A stretch of 64,000 nt of DNA from Neoechinorhynchus agilis (GCA_051530055.1 CM121341.1:19311081-19375080), one strand, 5' to 3'. Positions 1-12,930 are shown, counted from the stretch's first letter. The notes: generated by a model not told the origin, from the sequence alone. Made by a program: numbers and translations.

Positions 1-2718
1 TTCGTTATGTAATTAGTGAGCTTGGATGCAATCTTACACGGGGTTACGAACGGCATGTTCTCGTCTATACTGTCAATGCCCTCATGCAATCATCAGCGGT
101 GTTTCTGAAACCAGGGGATCTAGATGAATGCTTAGAAACAATTGTTTCCCTCAGAATGTCATTTCTTGCTTACGTACAAAATGAGAAATTCCTACTCACT
201 CTTATCATGATTTGCGACGAGCAATAATCTCATAATTCTGGAAGTGGCTGAACTTGGGCTTTTTAGTGCCGTAATCACAATTTTTATTTGCGGTTCGTAG
301 TTTCGATAGGTCTTATCATTTTGCTTTTGTTATATACCTTAGTTGCTTTTTTTTGCATTTTGTCAATAAATTTATTTTCGCTGGGAAACAATTGCACTAG
401 ACGCTTTGTTTTCCATGTTTAATTCTGAATTATTTGGAAATGAAGAAGAGAAACGAGCATTAAGGAAAAAAGTCGACGAGGCTGGAATTACGGCCAGTTA
501 TCGTGGTTATGGCCTTCTTGCTCGTTTTGTGAGTGCATCAAAAGTGATGAGTTTCTTTGAAACTGGGTTAAAAGATCAAGTTATACGTGCTAATCATCTT
601 AATGTGATTACTCAATGCCTCTTTGCAGTTCGATCAGGTTTAATGACAAACGAATCATTGGACTTACATACCCTTTTGTTGGTTGTTAACGGAGTGGCAC
701 AAATGGCTCTACCACATTGTATTCCTTCTACTGAATCATCAGAGAATTCAGTTTCGATGCCAAATACTTATCAAGATAGCCATATTATTCCAGACGAACC
801 GCGACGACAAGGAAAAATAACATCTTCACCAAAAACGGGTGCTTTTGTATTTTTGTCATTTTCACTTCATCTACTTCATAAAATCACAAGAAAGTTTCCC
901 GTTAATAACAATCGATCGATCGACCCGCTTATTGACAATGTTGTTGTTAAAAGTCTCTATTGCCGCAATACTGACGTCCTTACAAAATCGCTCCAATGCC
1001 TTAACCGACTTGTACCTTTCTCAGTTCGTTCACCCGACAATTTTAATCTTCTTATTGAACGCGTAATCAACATAATTGATAGAAATATTAGTTCAACTGC
1101 TACACTGCTGCCCTCTGCTTTTAAGCTTCTATCTACACTTCTTCAATATACTGAATCAATCGGACTGGAATTGAGTAATCGTTTGCTAACATACGTCGAA
1201 TTGCAAGTTTTCAAGGACGGAGGAGGCGATGCGAGTGCTCTAATTCTTCTCAGATCAATTCTAAAGCAACATCTCGTACCTACGGACATTCATAAATTTA
1301 TTAGGAGGTTCATAGAGCAGGTCATAAGACATGGATCGCAATTTTCGTCATCGTTCCAGCAGATTGCGAAAATAATGGGCACTTATTTGAAAAGCTACGA
1401 ACTTCGGATTGGCGATGTCGAACAACTTGTGGTTTTTCTGGGACCTAATTTGCATTATGATGACATTAAAGGACGTGAGGTGACTTGTGACATGTTGTCT
1501 GCGTTGATTGGTTCGTTGCCGGTGGTGACAGTCAATCGATTGATGCCGGCACTTACCACCGCACTCCTGACATCGATGTTTAACGAAACGCGATCTGAAG
1601 GTTTCTTGCGTTTACGAACGTTACTGAAATCACTTTTGACGAGAGTAGATGTACCTAATCGGCAAAGTCAATTTGATCGGTTTGTAAACTGTATCGAGAT
1701 CGAATCGAAGGTACAGCTAAGAATTACATCGATACAGGCATTGTCAGTCGCATTGGAAGTGGACTTTGATCTTTTAAAGCATCACTTCCTTCTAATTTTT
1801 AAATCCATCTACACGGACTTTTGTCACCTTCAAGATATATTAAATTCTAAGCCAATTAACGACGATTTGCGATTAAAACATTTTAGTGAACAACCGGATG
1901 TTATAAAGAATCAATACACATTTTATGCAGTGTCTCTAATATTAGACGTAATTAAAGGTTCTAGTGGAGTCTCGGATTTGTTAGATAGCGCTTGGAATTG
2001 CATTGTTCATGGATACATACTTCGTCAAACGGATGTAGGAATTCGACTGAAGTCATGCGACCTTGTCAATGAATGTCTGTTACGGCGCGGGTCGATTAAC
2101 CCAAAGGATTTCCGACTTTTAGTTCGTTTACATTGCCAAATGCTCAGGAGTACCAAAAGTGTTCAAGTCACTGATCACATCACTAGAAATATGTTTCACC
2201 TGACACGATCTGTGATCGATAAGGAAACGTACGGTCCGGACGAGGTCCGATTTGTTGCGGCTAGAATGCGTCGAGAAGGTGATTTCGAGGCAGCGCACAA
2301 TCTCGGGTCTTGTACTTCAAGACAAGCGGCCCTTAAGTTCTTTGCATCTTTGACAATTCTTCTTAAACGAGAACAATTCCACAAAAGCCTGTCTAATATT
2401 ATCGTTCCTCTCATTCAGAGAGAATTTGGAAAGGACGACAATCAACTAAAAGATCTTGCGATGGAAACATGGTCAACTATTGAAGGAATGTATGGAGAAG
2501 AGGCTCATTTACTCGTGGAAGTTTATAACAAGAGTAAAAAGGTGAGGTCAGAACGAAAAATTAAAAGAAAAGAGAGATTGGCCATAACAAAAGTCCGAGA
2601 ACCCGTCTTAGCCGCAGAAAGGAAAATAACACGACGAAAAGAAAAAGGACGAAGAAAAGCTGACCGCAAATTAAGGTACAGTACAAAAAAGTATTTGGTT
2701 TATTTTTTAATGTCTTAG
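1..2718 (+). CDS. UTP20: U3 snoRNP/SSU processome component UTP20, 3' part (begins upstream of window; spliced)
   Basis: Exon at 1-150 reads RYVISELGCNLTRGYERHVLVYTVNAL...GDLDECL, matching the UTP20 C-terminal HEAT region. The 770-aa helical ORF 406-2718 ends in the basic Lys/Arg tail typical of UTP20. A probable small terminal intron lies near 2676. Confidence 0.85.
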
Positions 2719-3325
2719 TGGCGCGTGGGGTTTGGTTGACCTTTATTAAAAGAACGGCTAGAAAATCGTGTTTTTGGCTGCCAATTGATTAAAAATCACG
2801 ATCTTGAATAATGCCACACAGTTATAATTTTTGTCTTTAGCAGCGCGCTCACCCATCTCACGATTAAATGCGGAGAAGGTTTAAATTGTTTGAGAGCCAA
2901 TGACGGTCCTCTAAAGGTCAGCATTATGTGTGTTGCGTCCAAGCAGGCCGTGCCAATCGATCGCAATTTAGTTTACGAAGACGGCGCCTTGATTGCAATT
3001 GACAGACCGTCCATGAGGTTCATGCAACTGAAAATTTAATTTAGCGCATAGAATAAATGCGTGAATTATGGATCTGATATTGGATTTTAAATGACTTCGA
3101 GTGAAGCTCTTTGTTTTCCTCCAGAACGTGGATAAAAAGTGGAAATTTCTACTTTTGCACCATTTTGAGTGTCGTACGGCTATAACGGAGGAACAATCGA
3201 GTGTATAGACCACGTCCTAAAAATTAAAAGGATCGAATGATCAAAGAAGAAATTTAAAGGTATGCATGAAATTGCGATGCTTTGTCCCGCTATTCAAGCT
3301 CAGAATGTTTACACTTTTCTTTATG

Positions 3326-4945
3326 CTAACCGATTGCTATTTTTCTTTTCCTTGGTCTCATTGCTAACAATTTACATGTCTGATAAATGTAGACACATTC
3401 TGTCAAGTGCAGGAGACCGGTGACCTGCTGTGTAGCAATCGGATATTTCATCACCACTTCGATCAACTTTTCCAAATGCATTAAGAGTCCGCGGTTCAAG
3501 ATTTTCATCATATTACGACAGTACATCATTCCCCTTAAAAGTCCAAAACTGGAACGAACGAGTCCTCGGAGGACGAGGACAAGATGATGGACAGTTACAA
3601 AGTAAACCGGATGATTCCTGATACCATTGAATCTTACATGAGCTTGTGTGCAGCTTCTGGAGTATAAGGAGCACGCGAAATCCGTTAATCCATCACTTGT
3701 TGTGATTTTATAGATCATGTCAATGGATTGTGTTATGAGTACCACGAGGCAGTTGCATTTAGCAGTACATTTGGATGATTGCTCATAAGCCATGCGATGA
3801 GGTGATGATATTCGTATTTTGTCTGGATTAAATAGTACGTGACAAATCAGAGTGAGAATATACTGTGCGATTTCTAGTCTATGTTTTGGATCAATTTTTT
3901 GATTTAAAACAGAACTTCTCCATTTAGATATACGATAGCCGATACATTGCACTGATGATTGCGATTGAGAACAGCAAAGTAGCGAGAAGGGGATAGGAGA
4001 TGGGATGTACGTAAGTGAGCGTATCACTGATCGAAGTATGAGACATTGATTGCAAGGTCGAGAGAATATTTCGTCACATTTTGCAAATATTTTCCTTTTC
4101 AATTCTATATCTTCTCTTTCGTTGCTTCCTAATCCAACCCAACACTCGGTAGCACAATCAATAAGTAAACAAACCAATTCAGTATCTAAACCAATACTGT
4201 CTTTATCTAACACGATTAGCTGATCGATAGCAATATCAAGAAATTGAAGGCCAAGCAGAACAATCGCATGTCGTATTGACGAATCACCACTACGAAACTT
4301 TCGATGTTTCCTGCAAAAACATTCCACGGACTTCACCAAATACTTGAAGGCATCTATCGAATCTTTAGAATTGTGACTTTGACAGAAATATTTACCTACA
4401 CAATCTCTAACAGCTTGGCACTTCTTAAGCATGGCAGCAGTGTTGAAGGTTCTTAAATTTAGCTTATTTATTGCATTTATGACTGTCATCGTAGTAACAT
4501 CATCGTTGGTATCCGAATCTAAGTCATATTTGATTTCGTCATTGTTACAATTGGGTTTCTTAAGAAATTCATCAAAATACGTCTGCATTAAGGCTTTCGT
4601 ACGTCGATTTGAATTAAAATGACGTGGCTCATTTTGTGGCAAACCAGCCTCCTGGACCTTGAGTTTTCTTTGAAGTCTAATCACCTCTCTTTCCAACGCA
4701 TCGTTTTGACTGCAAAGCAAATTCACCGACTGAGAAGTCAAGAAGGAGCTCTGTTGCTCGATGTGCTTATTAACGAGTAAGCGATTCGAATTTTCATCGT
4801 AATTGCCATTTTCAATGGCCTGGGAAATAAATGCAAGAACCGCGTCGTCAACAAAATTTGGATCGTTAGCAAAAGGATCATCGGGCGAATCATTAGCAGG
4901 ACGCTTCGAGGGCGGACCCTTTAAGGGTTGTTGAAGGCCGGACAT
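3326..4945 (-). CDS. Large helical protein with N-terminal acidic motif and coiled coil; weak ATRIP/Rad26-like layout
   Basis: 539-aa ORF. DDPFANDPNFVDDAVLAFISQAIE is followed by a heptad LCSQNDALEREVIRLQRKLK and then helical repeats. The C-terminus probably includes intron read-through and may continue to ~2968. The identity is only a resemblance. Confidence 0.55.
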   Translation of the reverse strand: MSGLQQPLKGPPSKRPANDSPDDPFANDPNFVDDAVLAFISQAIENGNYDENSNRLLVNKHIEQQSSFLTSQSVNLLCSQNDALEREVIRLQRKLKVQEAGLPQNEPRHFNSNRRTKALMQTYFDEFLKKPNCNNDEIKYDLDSDTNDDVTTMTVINAINKLNLRTFNTAAMLKKCQAVRDCVGKYFCQSHNSKDSIDAFKYLVKSVECFCRKHRKFRSGDSSIRHAIVLLGLQFLDIAIDQLIVLDKDSIGLDTELVCLLIDCATECWVGLGSNEREDIELKRKIFAKCDEIFSRPCNQCLILRSVIRSLTYIPSPIPFSLLCCSQSQSSVQCIGYRISKWRSSVLNQKIDPKHRLEIAQYILTLICHVLFNPDKIRISSPHRMAYEQSSKCTAKCNCLVVLITQSIDMIYKITTSDGLTDFACSLYSRSCTQAHVRFNGIRNHPVYFVTVHHLVLVLRGLVRSSFGLLRGMMYCRNMMKILNRGLLMHLEKLIEVVMKYPIATQQVTGLLHLTECVYIYQTCKLLAMRPRKRKIAIG

Positions 4946-5461
4946 CTCCTACGTCTACAATTTTAAAAATTTGTACTTGAAAAAAAAGCGGATTTTTTTC
5001 TAAAACGAACACGGCGTCTCTCGTAGTTTGGAACGTATGAACCCTTACCGTAAAATTTGCGTTCAAGAAACACACGAAAAATGCCATTTAAGGTAAAAAT
5101 AAGCCCTAATGCTCATGTCGCCTCAACGGTTTTGCTCGATGACCTTTTAAGGTAGTCAGACAAACCAAGCAACCACAGAAGAAATTTGTGGATACATTGG
5201 AAAAATTTAAATCCTTAACTGTTATTAGCAGTAAAACGTTGGCAATTAGAGATTCCAAACGATGATCAGCTACTTGTTCGATTATTTGTCATGAAATGTA
5301 AACGAATGATTGGATAATTTTAACAATTTATCTTAATCTCTTACGAAGAACTGTGATTTTGTGACTCGATCGAATCGATTATCTCTTAACGGACATTTTC
5401 CAAAAAAAACACTCGGAAAATCTGGATTTTTTGTACTAGACTCAAAGCACGCATTCTCATT

Positions 5462-6400
5462 CTACAAACTTTGAAGAGCTGTTGCGGTGGCGTCGATTTG
5501 TAAAAGTTTGGGACACAACAACATAAGTTTTTTTCTGTACATTCTATCTTGCTTTTGTAGAGGATTGTCCTCGAGACGGACGTCAATGAGAGATTGAAGA
5601 CGTGATAAAATGTCAATTGAGTCCCATGAACTAAGTTTATTTCCTCCAAGCCAGAGATCGTTTAAATTCTGTAAATGTTCAATACCATGAACGAATGTAA
5701 GGCGGTTGGAAGTCAGGTCGAGAATTTCCAGCCGATTGCAATTTTGCAGTCCATCGATTGCATCGATTCCGTTCTCTGCTAAGTACAACTCCCGCAGCTC
5801 GGCTAAGCAATCGAGACCTTCGATTTTCGATAATCGGTTACTGGTTAGACTAAGAAGTTGAAGCGTGGGACCCACGACGCTCAAATTATCTATCCGTTTT
5901 ATGGAATTATTGCCGAGATGAAGTGTCACAAGACATTTAAGCTTATCCAGGTTTTTTATTTCTTTAATTCGATTATCACCAAGTTCAAGAAGGCTCAACT
6001 TTTCAAGCCTGTCGAGTCTGTCGATTTCAGTAATACCGTTATGAATTAGGAAAAGACTTTCCAATTTAACAAGTGAATCCAAACCTTCTATGATTCGGAT
6101 TCGATTAAAGCTTAAATCTAAAAATACCAAATTCCGTAGTTCGCTCAAATTCTTGATTTCCGTAATCTGGTTCCCGTACAAATCGAGGCGTTTCAGTGTA
6201 TCGCAGAGTGCCCCGAGGTTCTTAATTTCTTTAATCTGATTATTCCGAAGATTTAGTTCAACCACGTTTTGGCTACAATCAACTTGTGCAATTTCTCGCA
6301 AGCGGGCGTGAGAAAGATCCGCTCGAACTCCTTCTGCTTCTGGCACATAAATATCACTTTCTTCAAGGTATTCGTCCGCTGAACTGGGCGAATCGCTCAT
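5462..6400 (-). CDS. PPP1R7: Protein phosphatase 1 regulatory subunit 7 (SDS22), LRR protein
   Basis: About 11 SDS22-type LRRs (LxxLDLSFNRIxxIEGL) and an LRR cap (LEDNPLQKQDRMYRKKL...LLQIDAT). Likely ATG at 6400 (MSDSPSS). Confidence 0.9.
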   Translation of the reverse strand: MSDSPSSADEYLEESDIYVPEAEGVRADLSHARLREIAQVDCSQNVVELNLRNNQIKEIKNLGALCDTLKRLDLYGNQITEIKNLSELRNLVFLDLSFNRIRIIEGLDSLVKLESLFLIHNGITEIDRLDRLEKLSLLELGDNRIKEIKNLDKLKCLVTLHLGNNSIKRIDNLSVVGPTLQLLSLTSNRLSKIEGLDCLAELRELYLAENGIDAIDGLQNCNRLEILDLTSNRLTFVHGIEHLQNLNDLWLGGNKLSSWDSIDILSRLQSLIDVRLEDNPLQKQDRMYRKKLMLLCPKLLQIDATATALQSL

Positions 6401-6559
6401 ATTCTCATGCTTCGTCATTAACCCGCACAAGTGTTTAAATCCGGCATTACCTTCTTCCGTGATTATAGCGCGCAATTCCGACTGATTCATAATGACAATT
6501 TGAAACGAGCCTGTGGCTACGACTTCTTTCGGATGCTTGACGTGCAACAGAAGGAAAAC

Positions 6560-7470
6560 AGAAGGAAGTTTGTGTTGGTGAATAGTAAGGAGGTGCATCA
6601 CATATTCGATCATCGCAGAAGGGAAGAGAGACTTGATCTTTAGTACGCATCGTCGCCAAAAGCCGAGAACACTTTCGAATGGTAGTTCTTCAATCGCCAT
6701 CTTTTGGGTGAAGCACATAATTGAACCGATCACCATACTTCACGGAGAAGTTTTAAAGCCCTTACCTCATCGATCGAATGACTTTACAAGTGCAGTGGTC
6801 CCCATGGCACATTCGGCTTGCGAAATAATGAAGAGTGCTTGCTCTACATTGTGTTGAACGCTTAATCAGAACGTCCAGGAACGGAATATCTCCTTTGTCA
6901 TTCTCGTTGATGTCTTAAGCGAGTCGTTGCTCTGATTAAATTCAATGAGAATGAACACATTATCCACACTCATACCGCCACCATCGATTTGCATCCTTAT
7001 GCTTTACCAAGAACGTCGATTATCAATCACGCACGTAGATGTGAGTTGAGGTCTCAGATCATGGGAAGAGTCCATGGCTACTCCATCTGCTTGATCGTAG
7101 AATATCCATTCAAATTCAAATGCGGTCATCCTTGTGCACCGTTGGTTTATGGAATACTACAACACCTAGATCTAAACGTGGTTTGCTGCAATGTTTAGCT
7201 AGTAAATCAGCCGATAATTCAATCGTTTTATCCCGTGGGGCATTGATGAAGAGGGCGTAAGTTTCCTAATAACATTCACAAACGTGGGTCCATCCTTAAC
7301 GTACGAAACAGAGTTTGGTAAAAACGATCTAAATAAAACATTGATAATTTTGAATAGGCTATGATTAAAACACATTTAGCTGTTTATAGTGAGATGGTAC
7401 CGAAGGATGGGGTTGTGAATTTTCAGAAAGAGATACAGGAAAGCAGCCGCGGCCGATGACCATCTCGTCG
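6560..7470 (-). mobile_element. Decayed Penelope-like element RT remnant
   Basis: Frameshifted motifs on the minus strand: FLKIHNP (LPKIHK-like), FYDQADGVAM, ENDKGDIPFLDVLIKR, QVSLPFCDD. Confidence 0.7.
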
Positions 7471-7556
7471 TATTGTAATATTCTTTACTTATTAGATACC
7501 GGTTCAACAAGTTCTTAAGGAAACTGTTATATCACAACTCCTAGAAAATTAGATGG

Positions 7557-7589
7557 CTGATGGGGCGAGGCTTCCTCACGAAATATTTC
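7557..7589 (+). ncRNA. Degenerate minimal hammerhead motif (inverted PLE terminal repeat)
   Basis: CTGATGG-G-GCGAGG-ctt-CCTCAC-GAAATATTTC followed by AATAAA. It sits at the 5' side of, and antisense to, the PLE remnant. A9G change and one stem II mismatch. Confidence 0.6.
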
Positions 7590-7690
7590 GAACCAATAAA
7601 ATATGTTTTATTCGGGGGAGGGATTGTGATCACCACAATTCCATTCAAGAGAATACATTTATTTTTTCTTATCAAGTAAAATGTGTTCAA

Positions 7691-10643
7691 TCAAGCAGAA
7701 TATTCGTGAATTATCAATCTTAGAACATCTGATTGCGAATCATCCGATAATTTGAAGGCCTCTTGAATTTTGATTAACATATCGTATGTAATTCGATCGG
7801 TGACAACGGAGTCTTTTTTGTATTCCGGATGTCGCGAAATATAATTTCGGATCCATCGAGCATTTGTCATTAATTTTCCTTAATCAAGAATATAATAGAA
7901 AATATTTCAGGGAGAAACGAACCGGAAGCACGGCATGAAATAAAATGGAGATAGCAACCTAATTTGCAACAAGTTTCTGGGTCAACGTCAATTGTATCCA
8001 CATAATTTCTGATAAGTGGGATCAATCCTTCAAAATTGTCCTAAGAAAACGGGTACAGCTGACGCAGAATAATTCATACGTACACATCCATTTATGATTT
8101 CATCGATCGTGAGTTCATGTACTGAGCAATAATCGATTCCCGGTGTTTCTTCGTCGTCGTTGCCTTATACAACAACAATACTAACTTCGTTTTTTCTTAT
8201 GAAAAACTAAACCTCTTTGTATGTTTGTGTTGCAATAAAAAGTTTCTTTGATAACAGCATCTCTTTTTTGAGCTCTTCGCATATTTTCTTTAACCTCGAA
8301 GACAATAATTTGTAAATTTTGATAAACCAAAATTTTTGGTCGAACCATTGATACCGGGATTATAAAGCGAGTTCTGTAGGATAAAATAACCCTTGTTATA
8401 AGCAGAATAAATGTGACTAAAGCAGCATTCTCGAATTCAGTAAATTGCAGCTATGAGAATCTTGGTTAATGTGCTAATGCTTCAACTGAAAATACCTCGG
8501 GTGTTCTAAATTCAACCCGCCATCCAATGTTCGATCCAGGTGGTGGAATTTTGAATCGCATATTATTCCAGTTTGTCGATTGGATAGTCTTCAAGGTTAC
8601 TGCTAATATTCACTTGTTGCTTCTTTACAGAGAAAAAATACCTCAAAATGGAAAGTATCGTTTGGACGATAATCGAGAATATCTTTGAATACAACGAGGG
8701 GTTGCCTAACGAATAGATGAGCAACGTGATCTGCTAACAAATGATCGATATCTAAAATAGCTCGCAAATCTTGCTACTTGAACGCAAAATCTTACTAGCA
8801 TCGATTAATTCTTTATGATACTGCTCGTTTTTAACCAAATCAATGTCATTATAAATAGCGCCGTATCGTGAAATATAAGAATCAAGTGTGCTGTAACGAG
8901 ACGTATTTATCCTGTAATTAGGTCCTTCGTGATCAACCTATGGTAAAATTGGTTTTTATCTAACAAATATGCGTACATTTATACCTGTTCGTCCGACTTA
9001 CTTCTTTCATACGCATTCCTATCATCTACTGAGGATGCTATTACTTCCCATCGGCAATCAATATCGCTCAAGTATCCCTTCCATACTGGTGAAGCTGCAC
9101 TTAGCGCTAACTGCGACAATCGAAACTTTAGAAATAATTCGGTTAACTGACTAAAATGGGTGTTAGTGGACATAAGTGATCGTAAAGCATTCTAGCTTCT
9201 TCAGCGTTTGATGCCTGAAAGGTCACTTGAAGACAACAACATCCCATTCCAAAACCCATTGCGTCCATATAAATGTGATTCGGAACAGCCCGTTTGGTTT
9301 CATCCGGAAATTTATCAACTGCAGGGTCAATGAATGGATTAGGGGTGTTTGTATCCATAAATACTAAAAAGTAGAGAATAAGCGCAGGTGCTAAGTAAGC
9401 AAGCTAAATTATTGACCTGGAACGTTGATACAAACTTTCTCCCCACGTCTTGCCTTTATGTTTCTAGCTAATGTCAGGAACCGTGGATGGCCTTGAGTCG
9501 CGGCCTCGTTAGGAAAAAATAGGGAAAGAGCTGCGTTGCCCTTTGAATCTATACCAATAGATGGATCATAAGACGGGGTCGTGAAATTCGGACATCCCAA
9601 TCTAAATATGAAAGCAGGACATAAAAACATGAACAATTCAATCTTTAAACAGTGAATAAACAAAAGAGAGATTATTTATAGTAATTTTTTATTTTTATGT
9701 GTGACCAGCCGAGTATATATTCCTTTTTAAGTGTTGTGAACATGCCTTTCATGGCTGTGCGCTCAAGGAAAATTATCAGCCGTAAAAGGGATGCTCACAA
9801 CACTTAAAAAGTATTTTTTATACAAACACTTTTATAAGTGAATTCATATTACGGTCTAAAAATTCTGGAGGTGTTTATCTGTAACCGGCGCAAGACATGT
9901 AGCTCGGAAATACCGAAAAGAGTTTATTAAAATGTAAGTGAGTTTAATCGACTAATAGTATAAAGTTTGTAAACAGCAACAAGGCTTCGTGCGCTTCAAT
10001 ATCGATCGCGAGCGCGCGAGGTACAAAAGCGGACAAACCTGGGGAAGCAAGTCATCATCAGAACCACCTCGTCAGGAGCAAGTTGTGATTGGAGTTGTCT
10101 TCGTCTAAACTTAGAGGCTCAATGCGAATTATGAAACTTACATTGTCGACTTCAACCTTTTCTTCATGTTGCACTCTACAATTCCTATATCGCCAATGGT
10201 ATGTTTATATGGCTTTCCAGGAGTTGCCTCGATCATGTATTCGGCAAACTCATGAACCCAATGGGTTGAACAATCGTCGTTTCTAAACTTACAAGCAAAC
10301 AGTGTTTTTGTTTGAAAAGACTAACTGATTCAAATCTCTTTCTTTAGTAAACTTTTTTAAATACTCGGTTGCAACCAATGCCAATTGTACCTTTTTGTTC
10401 GTGTGGTCGAACTTGGCTACCATGTATTCGATCTTTGAAATAGAAAAACACAGTTTTATAAAAACACGAACTGAGAAAAGCGAATAAAGTTACCTCGTCT
10501 CCCCATCGCAAAAATTCTCCTCTCTTTTCCTTTAGATTATTGTAGGCCTCAATAAATTGTCGCAACCCAAAATCATTTAATCTTTTTAAATGCTGTTGGG
10601 CCTCCGACCAATCGAGCGGCTCCCCGATTTCCAACAAACCCAT
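7691..10643 (-). CDS. GCLC: Glutamate-cysteine ligase catalytic subunit, multi-exon
   Basis: Exons traced by eye with GT-AG junctions: [12 protein letters not shown]...RWGDE / IEYMVAKFD / [15 protein letters not shown] / [11 protein letters not shown] / [22 protein letters not shown] / [25 protein letters not shown] / [24 protein letters not shown]. Stop at 7691. Confidence 0.96.
9723..9811 (-). repeat. 35-bp-arm inverted repeat (19-nt loop) in the longest GCLC intron
   Basis: CTTTTTAAGTGTTGTGAACATGCCTTTCATGGCTG versus the reverse complement of 9777-9811: 31/35 identical. Confidence 0.85.
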
Positions 10644-11404
10644 TAGTCTGAAATGAGTTACGACTGAGAACACGTCTTAGGGAGCAACGCTAAGACAACT
10701 TAGTCTTAAAGTTTGCTCATGTACTCCTTTTATTCTGCATAATGCCCTGCACGAAAGAAGTTTATGATCCATATATCAATTATCCGCCCTTCAATGAAAC
10801 TTATCGTCTGACTTTGATACCAACTTTCTATCTAGGAAAAAGTTGAATCGAAATTTTATATGGAAAAACGTTAAGAGCTAATTTGGCACAGAAAATGCGA
10901 CTCCAAAGACGAAACGGGTTGGGTTTTTCTAAAAGGTCCACAAATTCACCCAAACTATGAGCGGTAATTTTAACTGGACCTCCGCTCTTTTTTCTCAGCC
11001 GCTCAATCCTCCAAATGCGAATTGATTCAGAGGAAAGAACGAAAACCAACAACTAACAATTAACCAACCAAAATCAAATAAATCTCCTACAAACAATAAC
11101 CACCAATTCCCACCCTAACGGACATCCCCTGACGGGATATTAACATACAAACGGGCATTTCCCAACCGGATACTCCCGAACGAACCCGCAATCCTCTGCA
11201 AAATAAACAACGGCTTTCTTTAGACAAATCGGAACTCGATTACTCACGAGGACCCAGAGGTACATGGTTTCTCTGTTTGTATCAATTAAATGTGTTATTA
11301 TTAAATACGAACGTCCACTAAAAAGCGAAATAAGACATTATTTCTTTTTAATGTCATATATCATTGTTGGTTGTTTTGGAGAACTACAATTGATTATTTG
11401 TTAA

Positions 11405-12435
11405 ATTCAATATTTCGATCCCCTATCTTGGATCTTCTCCAGAATCTAAAATACACACATTCAGGGATTATCAAGTTATATCCGGTGGAACTCTCATCCT
11501 CACTCTGAAGTCTGGCTTATTGTCTTCAAAAGTATTGTACCTGCTGATGTAAAGCGTCTCTACAACAATTCGTTCAAATCGTTTATCGTTACGTACGGGT
11601 GTGGCAGCACCATTAAAATCAATTGTGGCCGATGTTTTTTGTGTGAGCCACCACTGCTGAACTCATATCCGTATTACGAGCAATTAAAGATTTGTGTTCA
11701 TTCATCCGCCTTTTAAAATTGTTGGTTTGTCCCACGTAAACCTGTTCGCACCAAGAACACTGGATTTTGTAAACCGAGGCGGATGTCTGCTGATCTTTCT
11801 TGGGGCAAATCAGCCCATGTAGATTACGCCTCCTCTTGGTGTAAACGTCAACTCGTTTTGAATCGCATCCAGATTTCATCATACGCTCCATCGCGTGATA
11901 CGAGCGATCGTCAGGAAATGGTAGCTTAATAAACACACTTTCCTTTATCGACTTCGACTCACTTTGGGATGCATACCACACATTCCGAACACACTCTTCA
12001 AGAACCTGGAGCGGATAGCCATATCGACCTGACAGATATTTTAGGAAATCAATCTCCTCGTTGACCAACTTGTCATTGCTGCAGTGTGTGAGAGCGCAGA
12101 GGATGAGCGATATGATCCTGGTCTGATGTCCATTGCACAAGGCCCACTGTTATACCTCTCTTTCGATATACGCTGGTCATGTAGTGACAATTGTATGATC
12201 GATCAATTTTTACATTGAGAAAAGGAAATATTCCTTGATTTTCGTCCTCAATCGTCCACTGAATATTCCTGTCTTTTCCGTTTAACTCGAACTTAAGACG
12301 ATCTATATTAGTCTTCGAAGGGTCAATTAACAGGGCAAGTACAGGCGCTAACGGGCTACCCATCGCCACTCCGTCTATCTGGTCGTAGTCGATGCCATTA
12401 AATTGGAAGTTGCAGAATCTGGTACAAAAATGCAA
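11405..12435 (-). mobile_element. Penelope-like element, 5'-truncated and internally deleted (RT C-part, GIY-YIG, 3' repeat)
   Basis: FQFNGIDYDQIDGVAMGSPLAPVLA, ENQGIFPFLNVKI, and GIY-YIG VYKIQCSWCEQVYVGQTNNFKRRMNEH. Confidence 0.9.
11409..11442 (-). ncRNA. Minimal hammerhead-like motif at PLE 3' end
   Basis: CTGGAGA-A-GATCC-aagatagg-GGATC-GAAATATT downstream of the GIY-YIG. The A6G change is probably inactivating. Confidence 0.65.
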
Positions 12436-12439
12436 TGAT

Positions 12440-12930
12440 TTTCGCCAGTCGCTTATGGTTAACGAAGTAGTTTTTTTAGCATCCTTGTATTTGTGAATGT
12501 TGGTAAAGATTTTATCGAGATGTGAGCTAGTGATATAGGAAGATCATTGAAATTACCAAAAATGATTAGATGTTCCAGACCAAGGGAGTGAAGATTTGCT
12601 ATCATTGCATCAATCTCTTGTGATGGCATTTGTAGATTGGCTGAGGGAGGACGATAGATACCGATAATGGTTAAATTTCGGCTGCCTGAGCGAAGTTTGA
12701 GAGGAAGCGTTATGTATATGTACTCTAAGTATTATGATTGGTAATTAGTTGAAGGGGAGCGGAAGTAATGAAGGTCGGACCGAATGAAAACGGAGACCAC
12801 CTCCTGCTCGTTCCTCTCTGTAAGAGTGGAAGACGTGTAGCCAGGGATTAAGGCGATGTCGGAATTAGAGCAGTGCAGCCATGTTTCCACAATGACCAGA
12901 ATGTCTGCGTTGGTGGTAGGAGTATCTTCA
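12440..12930 (-). mobile_element. APE endonuclease remnant of a CR1/L2/Jockey-type LINE
   Basis: ADILVIVETWLH...IPGY...IIGIYRPPS...LIIFGNFND. Near-identical stretch at ~44585-44680 (+). Confidence 0.8.

Noticed and set aside
5081-5320. Possible tiny spliced gene (MPFK|VVRQTKQP...) between the ATRIP-like gene and SDS22
   Set aside because: A plausible first intron exists, but I could not build a consistent, recognisable ORF.
6401-6736. 112-aa N-terminal extension of SDS22 in the ORF track
   Set aside because: It overlaps the PLE remnant and is not SDS22-like; the ATG at 6400 fits better.
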